Positions 14,756 to 23,282 of a stretch of 53,482 nucleotides of DNA are shown here, piece by piece (positions within the stretch are counted from its first letter, which is position 1; every line of letters starts with the position of its first letter). The stretch covers positions 767 to 54,248 of the forward strand of contig MFLD01000043.1 in NCBI GenBank assembly GCA_001781465.1, read 5' to 3'. The notes beneath the pieces are model-generated. The model worked only from the letters and a program-made list of their open reading frames with translations. It made no database searches and was not told where the DNA came from. A program made the position numbers and the translations under genes. The stretch comes from Candidatus Kaiserbacteria bacterium RIFCSPHIGHO2_02_FULL_49_16. GTDB taxonomy: Bacteria > Patescibacteriota > Minisyncoccia > Phycocordibacterales > UBA2100.

Positions 14756-15808
14756 CTATGCCTCTGTGTCGAGAAGATGCTGACGATATTGGACCGATTC
14801 TGTCGGAAGAATATCTTCGCACTCCTCTTTTCCTTCCTCAATTGATTTCCTCAACTCATCTAATCTGCTATATATACTTGGATCATCAATGAAACGAAGG
14901 TTATTCATGCCGAATCTCCGGTCTGGTTCATACCTACGAAAATCATGCGCAACAACTTCGACATCCGCACGCCTCCATTTGCCATGCATGTACTGGTATA
15001 GAAAACTCGCGGTTTCGAGGTACTCTCTAAGGTCCTCATCAAGAGCATAAATCATACCCTTCCAAAAAATGGTCTCCCCTTTATAATTTCTAACAGTTCG
15101 CATGGGCAAAAAGCTCCTTTCTCCTTTTAATTTTATGTAGCCGAGTGGTTTCTGGCGCTCAAAAAGGACTATGCCGCGCCGCGCATGTATTTCAGCGCCT
15201 GGTATTATGTCCAATGTTACGCGATTGATTTCTTCGCAACCGCCACAGTCTCCGATCTCATCAACCTTGGCATTACTGAGAACATTCCAGGAGTCTTCAT
15301 AGTTTATTTGTATTGCACCAAGCATTAAGTCAATTGAGACATCGCGTATACGTATGGAAGATGCTTCAATTTTATGTAAGGGGCTCTTTGAGAAATTTGT
15401 CCAATCGAGACGCGCCTCCTCGAATGTCGAACCAGTGAAATCGGTATTTCGGCAATCTGCGTGAATTAGGCCCGCGCCATTTAAATTATATCCTAGCATC
15501 TCGGTATGAATAATGGACTTACGCGTCAAATTAATATTTGATAGGTTTTTAAGACCATAGTGTATTGCGTCGACTAACGTCTGGTGGCCGAGTTCGCGAA
15601 AAGTAGCTCTGCTTTCCTCTATGTTCACACACATGCGGTGGATGTCAGAGACTTTAACTGCTTGCCGATTCAAGTCGGCTATCAAGTGCTGTGACAGTGA
15701 CTCTCTCTGCTTCAAATGCCCGAAGCGTACGAGTAAATCTTGTGCTTGCTGTTCGGGAGTAGAATCGTCTTTAAGATATTGGGGGCCGCTTTTATATTCC
15801 AATACCAT
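14756..15808 (-). CDS. Hypothetical protein with a short pentapeptide-repeat-like segment
   Basis: NLNGAGLIHADCRNTDFTGSTFEEARLDWTNFSKS resembles A(D/N)LXX repeats. The rest is unrecognised. ATG at 15808 is preferred over the TTG at 15847. Confidence 0.45.
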   Translation of the reverse strand: MVLEYKSGPQYLKDDSTPEQQAQDLLVRFGHLKQRESLSQHLIADLNRQAVKVSDIHRMCVNIEESRATFRELGHQTLVDAIHYGLKNLSNINLTRKSIIHTEMLGYNLNGAGLIHADCRNTDFTGSTFEEARLDWTNFSKSPLHKIEASSIRIRDVSIDLMLGAIQINYEDSWNVLSNAKVDEIGDCGGCEEINRVTLDIIPGAEIHARRGIVLFERQKPLGYIKLKGERSFLPMRTVRNYKGETIFWKGMIYALDEDLREYLETASFLYQYMHGKWRRADVEVVAHDFRRYEPDRRFGMNNLRFIDDPSIYSRLDELRKSIEEGKEECEDILPTESVQYRQHLLDTEA

Positions 15809-15866
15809 AGGGCAATTGTACGACTTGCGGCTTTTTCTTCCAAGCAAATCCTGTTACGATGCCTTA

Positions 15867-18668
15867 ATGAAGTTACCAAAAGCACCCGAACCATTCCTTA
15901 AGCCATACAGCTCCAAAGAGAGCGAGCAACAAATTCTTGAGCTTTGGGAGAAGAGCGGGTTTGCAAATCCCGATGTGTGCGTAGAAAAGGGCGTGACCGC
16001 GCCAGATGCCCCGTCCTATTCTATTGTGCTTCCCCCGCCGAACGTTACGGGGACTCTTCACATGGGACACGCGGCGATGCTTGCTGTTCAGGATATTCTC
16101 ATCCGCTATCACCGAATGCGAGGCGATAAGACTTTGTGGCTGCCGGGAACCGACCACGCGGCAATCGCGACACAATCTGTCGTAGAAAAAGATTTACTGA
16201 AGGCCGAAAAGAAAACGCGGCATGATTTGGGGCGCGAGGAATTCCTAAAGCGCGTAGAGCAATTCGCAAAAGAGAGCCATGACACGATAGTGGGGCAAGT
16301 GCGCGCGATGGGCGCGTCGGTGGATTGGACGCGCGAGGCCTACACGCTGGACGAGGCACGCAATTTGGCAGTACGAACCGCTTTCAAAAAAATGTACGAT
16401 GCGGGACTCATTTATAGAGGAAACCGCATCGTTAACTGGGACCCGAAAATGCAGACGACAGTTTCCGATGATGAAATTGAATATGTTGAGCAAAAGGACC
16501 CTTTTTATTATTTCAAGTATGGTCCTTTCATTATCGGCACTGTCCGCCCTGAAACGAAATTCGGCGACAAATACATCGTGATGCATCCCGACGATGCTAG
16601 GTACAAAGAATACAAAGACGGTCAACAGATGGAAGTGGAATGGATAAATGGAAAGATAATGGCGACAATTGTGAAAGACGAAGCGGCCGATATGTCGTTC
16701 GGCTCCGGCGTGATGACGATAACTCCGGCCCACTCCGGAATTGACTTCGAGATAGCGCAGAAACACAAGCTGGACGTTGAGCAAATAATAAATGAGCGAG
16801 GAATACTTCTTCCCATCGCGGGCGACTTTGCTGGGCAACATATTAAGAAAGCGCGCCCATTGGTTTTGGAGAAACTGAAAAATAAAGGACTCCTTGTGAA
16901 AGTCGAAGAGGGCTACGTACACAATGTGGCGCTCAACAGCCGCGGGGGCGAAACCATAGAACCGCAAATAAAACTCCAGTGGTTCGTGGACGTGAATAAG
17001 AAATTCACGATTCCTCGTTCAGAAATCCCCGGCATCGCCTCGGGTTCGCAAACTACTCTCAAGGAACTCATGCGCCGAGCCGTGGATTCGGGCGCGATTA
17101 AAATCGCGCCCGACAGGTTTGAGAGGGTGTATTACAACTGGATAGACAACTTGCGCGACTGGTGCATATCTCGGCAGATTTGGTACGGCCATCGAATTCC
17201 CGTCTGGTACTGCCTGAATTGCAAGCAACCCGCAATCGACGCAGAAATAAAGAGCCGGTGGTTTCTGGTGCGTCATGGAGAAACGGAAGCAAATCTAAAT
17301 AGAATAACGCAGGGGCATCAAGACACTCCTCTGACCGAACAAGGAATGGCGCAAGCAAAGTCCGCTGGAGAACAATTGAAGAATCAGGATATTGAGCTCA
17401 TCATCAGCTCCGACTTAGGCAGGTGCAAGCAAACAGCGGAAATTATCGCGAGGGCGACCGGAGCCGAAGTCGTACTTGATGCCGGATTCAGAGAACGATT
17501 CATGGGAGATGGCGAAGGATTAACGTATGAGGAGCATGAGAAGCGTTTTAGCCCGTTCAAGGACTATGACGACAAAACGGCGGGCAACATGGAAACCACC
17601 CGCGAATTGGAAGAGCGGGTATCTCAAGCATTCGCCAAACACAAGAAGATTCATGGACATAAAAACGTGGTCATCGTCAGCCATGGGGGCTCCATTCGCT
17701 GGCTCCTTAAGCGCGTAAAAAACCTCACGTTCGAGCAAGCAAAAATACCGCCAGTCAAGGGAAACGCCGAAGTGCAGTCTCTCGATATGCTTCAAACTCC
17801 GTGCCCGAAGTGCAGCAACGACTTATTTGAGCAGGATTCCGATACGTTGGACACGTGGTTCTCTTCAGGGATTTGGACGTTTTCAACACTTGGTTGGCCC
17901 TCCTTCGCGCAAAGCGCTATGAAGGGCAGGCCCGGACCGGAAAATGATTTCGCAAATTATCATCCAACCGATGTCCTAGAAACCGGATACGACATTCTAT
18001 TTTTCTGGGTTGCGCGGATGATTCTTATGACCGGATTTCTGCTCGGGACGGTTCCCTTCCGCAATGTATATCTGCACGGCCTCGTGCGCGACGCGCGGGG
18101 GCGCAAGATGTCAAAATCTCTCGGCAACATTATTGACCCGCTAACGATGATAGAAAAATATGGCGCGGACGCGGCACGATTGAGCCTCGTTGTCGGAGCG
18201 TCTCCCGGCAACGATGTAAAACTCTCCGAAAACCGCGTGCGCGGATACAAGCATTTCGCGAATAAAGTTTGGAACATATCCAGATTCGTACTCGAATCTG
18301 GCGCAGAAGGACGCGGAACGAACGCAGAATATACGCAGAAAGATTCCGAATTAATAGCAGAAACTCAAAACATTGCAAAAACAATTTCCGAACATATTGA
18401 CAACTTTCGGTTGGACCTTGCCGCTGATGCCATCTACCACTTCGTCTGGCATCGGTTCGCTGATGAAATAATAGAGGGGTCAAAATTAATTCTTAAGAGC
18501 AGGGATGCCGTTGCGGTTGCCTCTCGCCGCCATACTTTATACATGATACTCGATACCTCTTTACGGCTTCTTCACCCATTTATGCCTTTTGTTACGGAAG
18601 CAATTTGGCAACAGATTCCTGATCGCAAGAGCGATTTGCTCATGGTCGCCAAGTGGCCTGTAATATGA
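15867..18668 (+). CDS. valS: Valyl-tRNA synthetase with an embedded histidine-phosphatase domain
   Basis: PPPNVTGTLHMGHA (HIGH), CP1 editing motifs TVRPETKFGD and ITPAHSGIDFEIAQKH, DTLDTWFSSG and KMSKS are all present. The ATG at 15867 gives MKLPKAPEPF. An insert of about 190 aa carries RHGETE and SHGG. Confidence 0.9.
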   Translation: MKLPKAPEPFLKPYSSKESEQQILELWEKSGFANPDVCVEKGVTAPDAPSYSIVLPPPNVTGTLHMGHAAMLAVQDILIRYHRMRGDKTLWLPGTDHAAIATQSVVEKDLLKAEKKTRHDLGREEFLKRVEQFAKESHDTIVGQVRAMGASVDWTREAYTLDEARNLAVRTAFKKMYDAGLIYRGNRIVNWDPKMQTTVSDDEIEYVEQKDPFYYFKYGPFIIGTVRPETKFGDKYIVMHPDDARYKEYKDGQQMEVEWINGKIMATIVKDEAADMSFGSGVMTITPAHSGIDFEIAQKHKLDVEQIINERGILLPIAGDFAGQHIKKARPLVLEKLKNKGLLVKVEEGYVHNVALNSRGGETIEPQIKLQWFVDVNKKFTIPRSEIPGIASGSQTTLKELMRRAVDSGAIKIAPDRFERVYYNWIDNLRDWCISRQIWYGHRIPVWYCLNCKQPAIDAEIKSRWFLVRHGETEANLNRITQGHQDTPLTEQGMAQAKSAGEQLKNQDIELIISSDLGRCKQTAEIIARATGAEVVLDAGFRERFMGDGEGLTYEEHEKRFSPFKDYDDKTAGNMETTRELEERVSQAFAKHKKIHGHKNVVIVSHGGSIRWLLKRVKNLTFEQAKIPPVKGNAEVQSLDMLQTPCPKCSNDLFEQDSDTLDTWFSSGIWTFSTLGWPSFAQSAMKGRPGPENDFANYHPTDVLETGYDILFFWVARMILMTGFLLGTVPFRNVYLHGLVRDARGRKMSKSLGNIIDPLTMIEKYGADAARLSLVVGASPGNDVKLSENRVRGYKHFANKVWNISRFVLESGAEGRGTNAEYTQKDSELIAETQNIAKTISEHIDNFRLDLAADAIYHFVWHRFADEIIEGSKLILKSRDAVAVASRRHTLYMILDTSLRLLHPFMPFVTEAIWQQIPDRKSDLLMVAKWPVI

Positions 18669-19219
18669 GCCCTGATCAACTAGCAACAGGCGAAACAGAA
18701 CAACTGCGTTGGGAACCGGCTACTGATCACCCTAATGATTTGAGAGAAATTCATGGTTCGAATAGAGACGGATCGTTTGGTGGATCGCATTATCCGAGTG
18801 AGAACTTCTTAAGGAATTTCTATGCAGAGGGATATGATCACAGCAGATTAATATTGCGTAAAGGGAAACAGGCAATTGGCACCATTGCCTTGAAAAATAT
18901 GAATGTGAAAGATGGAAGATATGCGCTTCAAATAGACTCTCTCTTTGTAAGAAGCAAAGACCGGAGCCCTGGTATTTTCAAGGAAATCGTAAGGACGATC
19001 CGCAGTATTGCAGAAGAAAGAAAAGCGAGTTGCATTTCATGGGACCCAGACGGTGCTATCATTAATAGAATGAGCGATAAAATGAATGCGGAGAAGAGTG
19101 CTTCCCGCCCATTTAGAACTCTTCCAATAGGGAAATTTGATGTTGGAAATCTCATAAATTCACAAAGGCAATGGAAAGTGTTGCGAGAAAAGAACAGCGC
19201 TCCAGGCGTGACTTTGTAG
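18665..19219 (+). CDS. Putative GNAT-fold acetyltransferase, translationally coupled to valS
   Basis: ATGA start/stop overlap with valS. IGTIALKN...LQIDSLFVRSKDRSPGIFKEIVRTIRSIAEERKASCISW resembles the GNAT beta4-alpha3 acetyl-CoA region. Homology was not verified. Confidence 0.4.
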   Translation: MSPDQLATGETEQLRWEPATDHPNDLREIHGSNRDGSFGGSHYPSENFLRNFYAEGYDHSRLILRKGKQAIGTIALKNMNVKDGRYALQIDSLFVRSKDRSPGIFKEIVRTIRSIAEERKASCISWDPDGAIINRMSDKMNAEKSASRPFRTLPIGKFDVGNLINSQRQWKVLREKNSAPGVTL

Positions 19220-19223
19220 GAAA

Positions 19224-19925
19224 ATGTCTGAAATAACCCCAGCTATCGCAGCGCTTGCAGGCGGAATATTTCCAGCCCTCGCTTGGCTTTGGTTTTGGTT
19301 GCGCGAGGATTCCGCGCATCCGGAGCCGCGGCGGCTTATCGCTCTCGCGTTTCTCGCGGGAATGGTCGCTGTTGCCGTCGTCATTCCGCTTGAAAAATAC
19401 GCCGCCACGTTCCTATTGAGTTCAATCGCGACATTCACCGCGTGGCCTGCTATAGAAGAACTCGTCAAATATCTCTCGGCTCGATTCACCGTTCTTAGTC
19501 GCCGAGAAGACGATGAGCCGATTGACCCCGTGATATACATGGTCGCGGTCGCTCTGGGATTTGCCGCCGCGGAGAACGCGCTTTTTCTTTTGAGCCCGCT
19601 TTCTGGAAGCACTATCATAGAGACCATTCTAACGGGCAATCTGCGCTTCGTTGGAGCGACGCTTCTTCATGTCCTTTCCTCTGCCGTAATAGGCGTCGCG
19701 CTTGGACTATCATTCTACAAATCAAAAACTGAGAAGTTCACGTATGTCGTTATCGGAGTTATCCTAGCGATTGTTTTGCATGGCGCGTTCAATTACCTCA
19801 TACTGAATACGCCGGAAGAACATCTCTTGCGCGCCTTCGGGTATGTGTGGATAGGTCTTATTGCGCTTCTGGCTGTGATAGAATACATCAAGCGAATACA
19901 TCCGAAGATTTTTAAGTCAAGCTAG
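19224..19925 (+). CDS. prsW: PrsW-family intramembrane protease
   Basis: Polytopic membrane protein with EELVKY, AAAENALF and LLHVLSSAVIG motifs, matching the PrsW ExxK / FxxxE / HxxxA pattern. Confidence 0.7.
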   Translation: MSEITPAIAALAGGIFPALAWLWFWLREDSAHPEPRRLIALAFLAGMVAVAVVIPLEKYAATFLLSSIATFTAWPAIEELVKYLSARFTVLSRREDDEPIDPVIYMVAVALGFAAAENALFLLSPLSGSTIIETILTGNLRFVGATLLHVLSSAVIGVALGLSFYKSKTEKFTYVVIGVILAIVLHGAFNYLILNTPEEHLLRAFGYVWIGLIALLAVIEYIKRIHPKIFKSS

Positions 19926-19959
19926 ACTATCTTTATTTATAAATTAATTAACAACCAAC

Positions 19960-20445
19960 ATGGCAAAGCCTTCATTTTTCGCTCGACTCACCGGTTCAGC
20001 AGGAGAGTATGATGATTATTTGGAGGACGGAGATACGAAGCATGCCGTGTTTGAAGGCACTGGCTCGGAGCGCCACGCGCATATTGAAAGCGACGATGCT
20101 ACAAACAGCGGCCCCGGAGGCGAGCTTGCGGTTGATGTCTATCAGACTGCGGATGCAATCGTGGTGAAAGCCCTTATCGCCGGAGTTCAGCCGACTTCAA
20201 TTGACATTTCTCTGACGCGGGAAATGCTGACTATAACCGGCTCGCGCGAAGATGAGCGCGAGGTTGACGAAGAAAATTATTTCCAACGCGAATTATATTG
20301 GGGCTCTTTTTCCCGCACGATACTTCTGCCGGAAGAAATCGATGTTGACCTGGCCGAGGCGACCGAAAAACACGGTATCCTCATGCTCCGCCTGCCGAAG
20401 ATAAATAAGAAACGACAAACAAAACTAAAAGTCAGAAGCCGGTAA
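19960..20445 (+). CDS. Hsp20/alpha-crystallin small heat-shock protein
   Basis: The alpha-crystallin domain reads VDVYQTADAIVVKALIAGV...LTITGSRE...FSRTILLPEEID...GILMLRLPK. Confidence 0.85.
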   Translation: MAKPSFFARLTGSAGEYDDYLEDGDTKHAVFEGTGSERHAHIESDDATNSGPGGELAVDVYQTADAIVVKALIAGVQPTSIDISLTREMLTITGSREDEREVDEENYFQRELYWGSFSRTILLPEEIDVDLAEATEKHGILMLRLPKINKKRQTKLKVRSR

Positions 20446-20603
20446 AACAGCCGGTAGCCTGTAGCCGATTTTTTCCTTGGTACTCCAAGGAGCAAAAATC
20501 GCGTCGAAACCGACCACGGTTTCGACGCAGACAAGCTGGTACCGGCTACAAGATACCAGCTCGCATATGCTATACTCTCCAAGTTATAAATTAAATTTTA
20601 ACC

Positions 20604-21323
20604 ATGGACAATATTCAGAAATTTGCAGTTCCAATAGCAATCGTAATCGCGGGAGCTCTCATCGCGGGAGCAGTTTATTTCGCCTCTATTGGCCGCGCGC
20701 CTGCGAATGCCGGCGCCGGCGATCCGCCTCTGCAACCCTCCGTCAACATCAAAGATGTAAAAATAGTCGGTAATCCATTCATCGGAAACCATAACGCGCC
20801 CGTCGTGCTTGCATATTGGTCTGACCATCAGTGTCCGTACTGCAAGGCGGTGGAAGTCGGGGGAATTCCCCAAATCCCAATCACTCCGGCAATTCCAGAA
20901 TTGATAAGAGATTACGTTGATGCGGGCAAGCTCAAAATTGTATTTAAAGATTATCCATTCCTCGGTCCGGATTCCACAACAGCCGCTTTGTATGAACACG
21001 CGATATGGGAGTTGTATCCGGACAAGTTCTACACTTGGAGAAAAGCGCTGATGAACGCGCAGGACGCAGAAAACGCGGGCTTCGGCAACGAGGCATCAAT
21101 TTTGGAACTCATCAAAACTATTCCCGGCATGGACGGCGGTAAGGCAAAAACACTCGTTGCGAAGAAAACGGATGCCTATACAAAAAGCATAGAAGCCGAC
21201 AGGGCGGAGGGCGCCTCATTCGGAATTCAAGGCACACCTGGATTCATCACTGGAACCAAGCTTATAGCAGGAGCCGCAGACCCTTCCGCTTTCAAGACAG
21301 CAATAGACGAACAGCTCAAATAA
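20604..21323 (+). CDS. DsbA-family thiol:disulfide oxidoreductase, membrane-anchored
   Basis: N-terminal TM segment, thioredoxin-fold CPYC active site (SDHQCPYCKAVE) and C-terminal GTPGFI. Confidence 0.8.
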   Translation: MDNIQKFAVPIAIVIAGALIAGAVYFASIGRAPANAGAGDPPLQPSVNIKDVKIVGNPFIGNHNAPVVLAYWSDHQCPYCKAVEVGGIPQIPITPAIPELIRDYVDAGKLKIVFKDYPFLGPDSTTAALYEHAIWELYPDKFYTWRKALMNAQDAENAGFGNEASILELIKTIPGMDGGKAKTLVAKKTDAYTKSIEADRAEGASFGIQGTPGFITGTKLIAGAADPSAFKTAIDEQLK

Positions 21324-21360
21324 CTCGGCAATATCCACCCGCTATCCGACTGGGGCAAAT

Positions 21361-21389
21361 AACCCAGTGAGGTGTCACCTCACTGGGTT
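21361..21389. terminator. Bidirectional terminator hairpin between convergent genes
   Basis: AACCCAGTGAGGTG-T-CACCTCACTGGGTT is perfect and abuts the stop codon at 21390. Confidence 0.65.
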
Positions 21390-22295
21390 CTATTCTAGGA
21401 GTCCGAGGCGGTAAATTTCAAACGAGTTTTCGCCTTCAAACATGTCGGACGGGTTGGGAAGGTAGATTCGCCGGCGCGATATTTCCTTCGTTGCATCGTT
21501 CACAAGCCGTTGAAAAGTCGCAAAGTCTTCTTTGCATTCTGAAAAATCTATAACATATCGCCGCATTTGTGAAGAGCCGTCGGCATTTTTCCTCTTTTTG
21601 CACTCTTGAACGATAAAGCGTTTTACCGGGCGGCCGTATTTCTCCCGCACCGTGTAGTAATTGAAAATTGCCTGCATCACGAAAAGTGTTTTCCGCGAAC
21701 GGTCTTTGCTGAAGGAATCGACGAACTTATGGTCAACAATGTCGAGCGCTTTGCTGTCTATCCGCGACTCCACCACCAAATCAGAAACCGCTTTTATTGG
21801 GAGCGCTAATCTGGGAACCTCCGCGACAGCCACCACTTCCACGCCGAGGACTTTGTATTTCGGCGGTCGTTCAAGATAAAAATTAATGGCTTGCAGATAC
21901 TCGCGCTCCATAGCCGCCCGCTTTTTCTTTTTGGCAAGACGAGTCGTTGCTTTTCCGAAATTAATTTCAAAATCTGGGACGGAACGAAGGTACTCGAGTC
22001 CGAGGTCAATCGCGCCTTGTTTCTTAATGCCGCCGTAAAAGTGCTGAAGCGCCACATGTCCCGCGCGCCCAATAATTGAAGCGGGATTGTAAGGCGTGTC
22101 GTATACCTTCTCAACATATCGCTTGTACCAAGCAAGCGGATTCCTCAAAAAAGACATGAGCGAGGAATGGCTCCAGTATTTAATCGGCACTGTTTCCCTT
22201 TTGCCTGGAATCTGCCCCGCGAGACCGCGCGCCCGTCTCTTCTGGGTTGCCTTCTTCATAGAGCGAGTATAACCCGCTAAATAGTCAGTTGCCAT
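21390..22295 (-). CDS. PD-(D/E)XK nuclease family protein (phage/RecB/Cas4-like exonuclease without a Cys cluster)
   Basis: WSHSSLMSFLRNPLAWYKRYV, GRAGHVALQ, SDLVVE...LDIVDHKF (D..(D/E)xK) and QAIFNYY motifs. Confidence 0.6.
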   Translation of the reverse strand: MATDYLAGYTRSMKKATQKRRARGLAGQIPGKRETVPIKYWSHSSLMSFLRNPLAWYKRYVEKVYDTPYNPASIIGRAGHVALQHFYGGIKKQGAIDLGLEYLRSVPDFEINFGKATTRLAKKKKRAAMEREYLQAINFYLERPPKYKVLGVEVVAVAEVPRLALPIKAVSDLVVESRIDSKALDIVDHKFVDSFSKDRSRKTLFVMQAIFNYYTVREKYGRPVKRFIVQECKKRKNADGSSQMRRYVIDFSECKEDFATFQRLVNDATKEISRRRIYLPNPSDMFEGENSFEIYRLGLLE

Positions 22296-22306
22296 ATGAA
22301 TCTTAT

Positions 22307-22332
22307 CGGGTCAAACGGCGCCGTTTGACCCG
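22307..22332. repeat. 26 bp perfect palindrome CGGGTCAAACGGCGCCGTTTGACCCG
   Basis: It lies 11 nt upstream of the nuclease gene start. It is related to the palindrome at 22937-22968 through a shared TCAA(A/T)CGGCGCCG(T/A)TTGA core. Confidence 0.7.
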
Positions 22333-22554
22333 CTAGACTCGATGGAGTTGGCATCGATGCCTGTATGGGCCTCTGCGCAAGGCAAATTTTGGAGTTCAGT
22401 TCCAAAACTCTATATGGAGCCATTCGCGCGAACGGTTCCATAGCGGCCAGAGGGCTATCTTCACACACTTCATTTATTTATTTGCAAAGTTTGTGCGAAA
22501 GGATATTATCGCAACCAGAACCCCGGTGAATGACCGGCACACAAGGAGAATGGA

Positions 22555-22851
22555 ATGTACATCGGAAGTACACCAGAGCAGAAGGAGCGACATCGTCAAC
22601 GGGTGTTCGTCGCAGATTGGCTTGCGGATTTCGTTAAATCATCTAGTCGCATTACGGGCGAAGACAGGGACACTTTGCTTGCAATGCTGGTTGACGCAAG
22701 GAATCTGCTTGGCGCACCTGGCGGCAAAAAGCTGAACGCCACTCAGGAGCTCCTTGTCAAGAACAAGATATTGACCAGGCGTAGCCTCAACTCCATGCTC
22801 AAAAAGGCTAGAGAGGCCTACAGGACATCAGGGGTTGATAAGAACGCATAA
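22555..22851 (+). CDS. Hypothetical 98 aa protein
   Basis: Good SD AAGGAG 7 nt upstream of the ATG. No family recognised. Confidence 0.5.
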   Translation: MYIGSTPEQKERHRQRVFVADWLADFVKSSSRITGEDRDTLLAMLVDARNLLGAPGGKKLNATQELLVKNKILTRRSLNSMLKKAREAYRTSGVDKNA

Positions 22852-22936
22852 CCAACAGACAGACCTGGGAGGGCCGGCTGGTTTCATGCAACACTTCTCC
22901 CAATCTAATCCGGAACTCGGCGGAGAATGTGAGCTC

Positions 22937-22968
22937 CACTGGCTCAATCGGCGCCGATTGAGCCAGTG
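22937..22968. repeat. 32 bp perfect palindrome CACTGGCTCAATCGGCGCCGATTGAGCCAGTG
   Basis: Perfect dyad downstream of the 98 aa ORF. Its core is related to 22307-22332. Confidence 0.7.
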
Positions 22969-23097
22969 ACCTGGGCTGAAGGCAAATTTGACGCCCCCCG
23001 CAATAGAGCGTCGCAGTACCAGAGCAAAGCTCGGTACACAGCAAGAAGCTCACTAGGGGGCTATGCAAATCCGATGCGGAGGTTTAGGATTGTTTAA

Positions 23098-23226
23098 ATG
23101 GATGAGGAAACGTTAAAAAAAATTGCGGATACGCTTCAGATATTTGTTCATGTCGGGCTATATTTCCTAGCTATTCTCGGCGCATGGAAGGTCTTGGAGT
23201 GGCTCTTTGGTCTTTTCTTTCTCTAA
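23098..23226 (+). CDS. Possible 42 aa single-TM peptide, not in the ORF track
   Basis: ATG to TAA reads MDEETLKKIADTLQIFVHVGLYFLAILGAWKVLEWLFGLFFL. GGAGG lies 17 nt upstream, which is far. No homology evidence. Confidence 0.25.
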   Translation: MDEETLKKIADTLQIFVHVGLYFLAILGAWKVLEWLFGLFFL

Positions 23227-23282
23227 ATCAACAAATAATAATGCGTTGGACATCCCTTTAGCAGGGGTATAGCATTGGCGGG

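Noticed and set aside
15621-15866. N-terminal 82 aa extension of the valS track ORF
   Set aside because: It is Cys-rich, non-homologous and antisense to the 5' end of the neighbouring gene. The conserved ValRS N-terminus begins at the ATG at 15867.
16245-16967. 240 aa minus-strand ORF inside valS
   Set aside because: It is antisense to the conserved CP1 editing domain region and has no motifs.
19160-19639. 159 aa minus-strand ORF
   Set aside because: It is antisense to prsW and the end of the GNAT-like gene, and is a Ser/Ala/Arg-rich shadow ORF.
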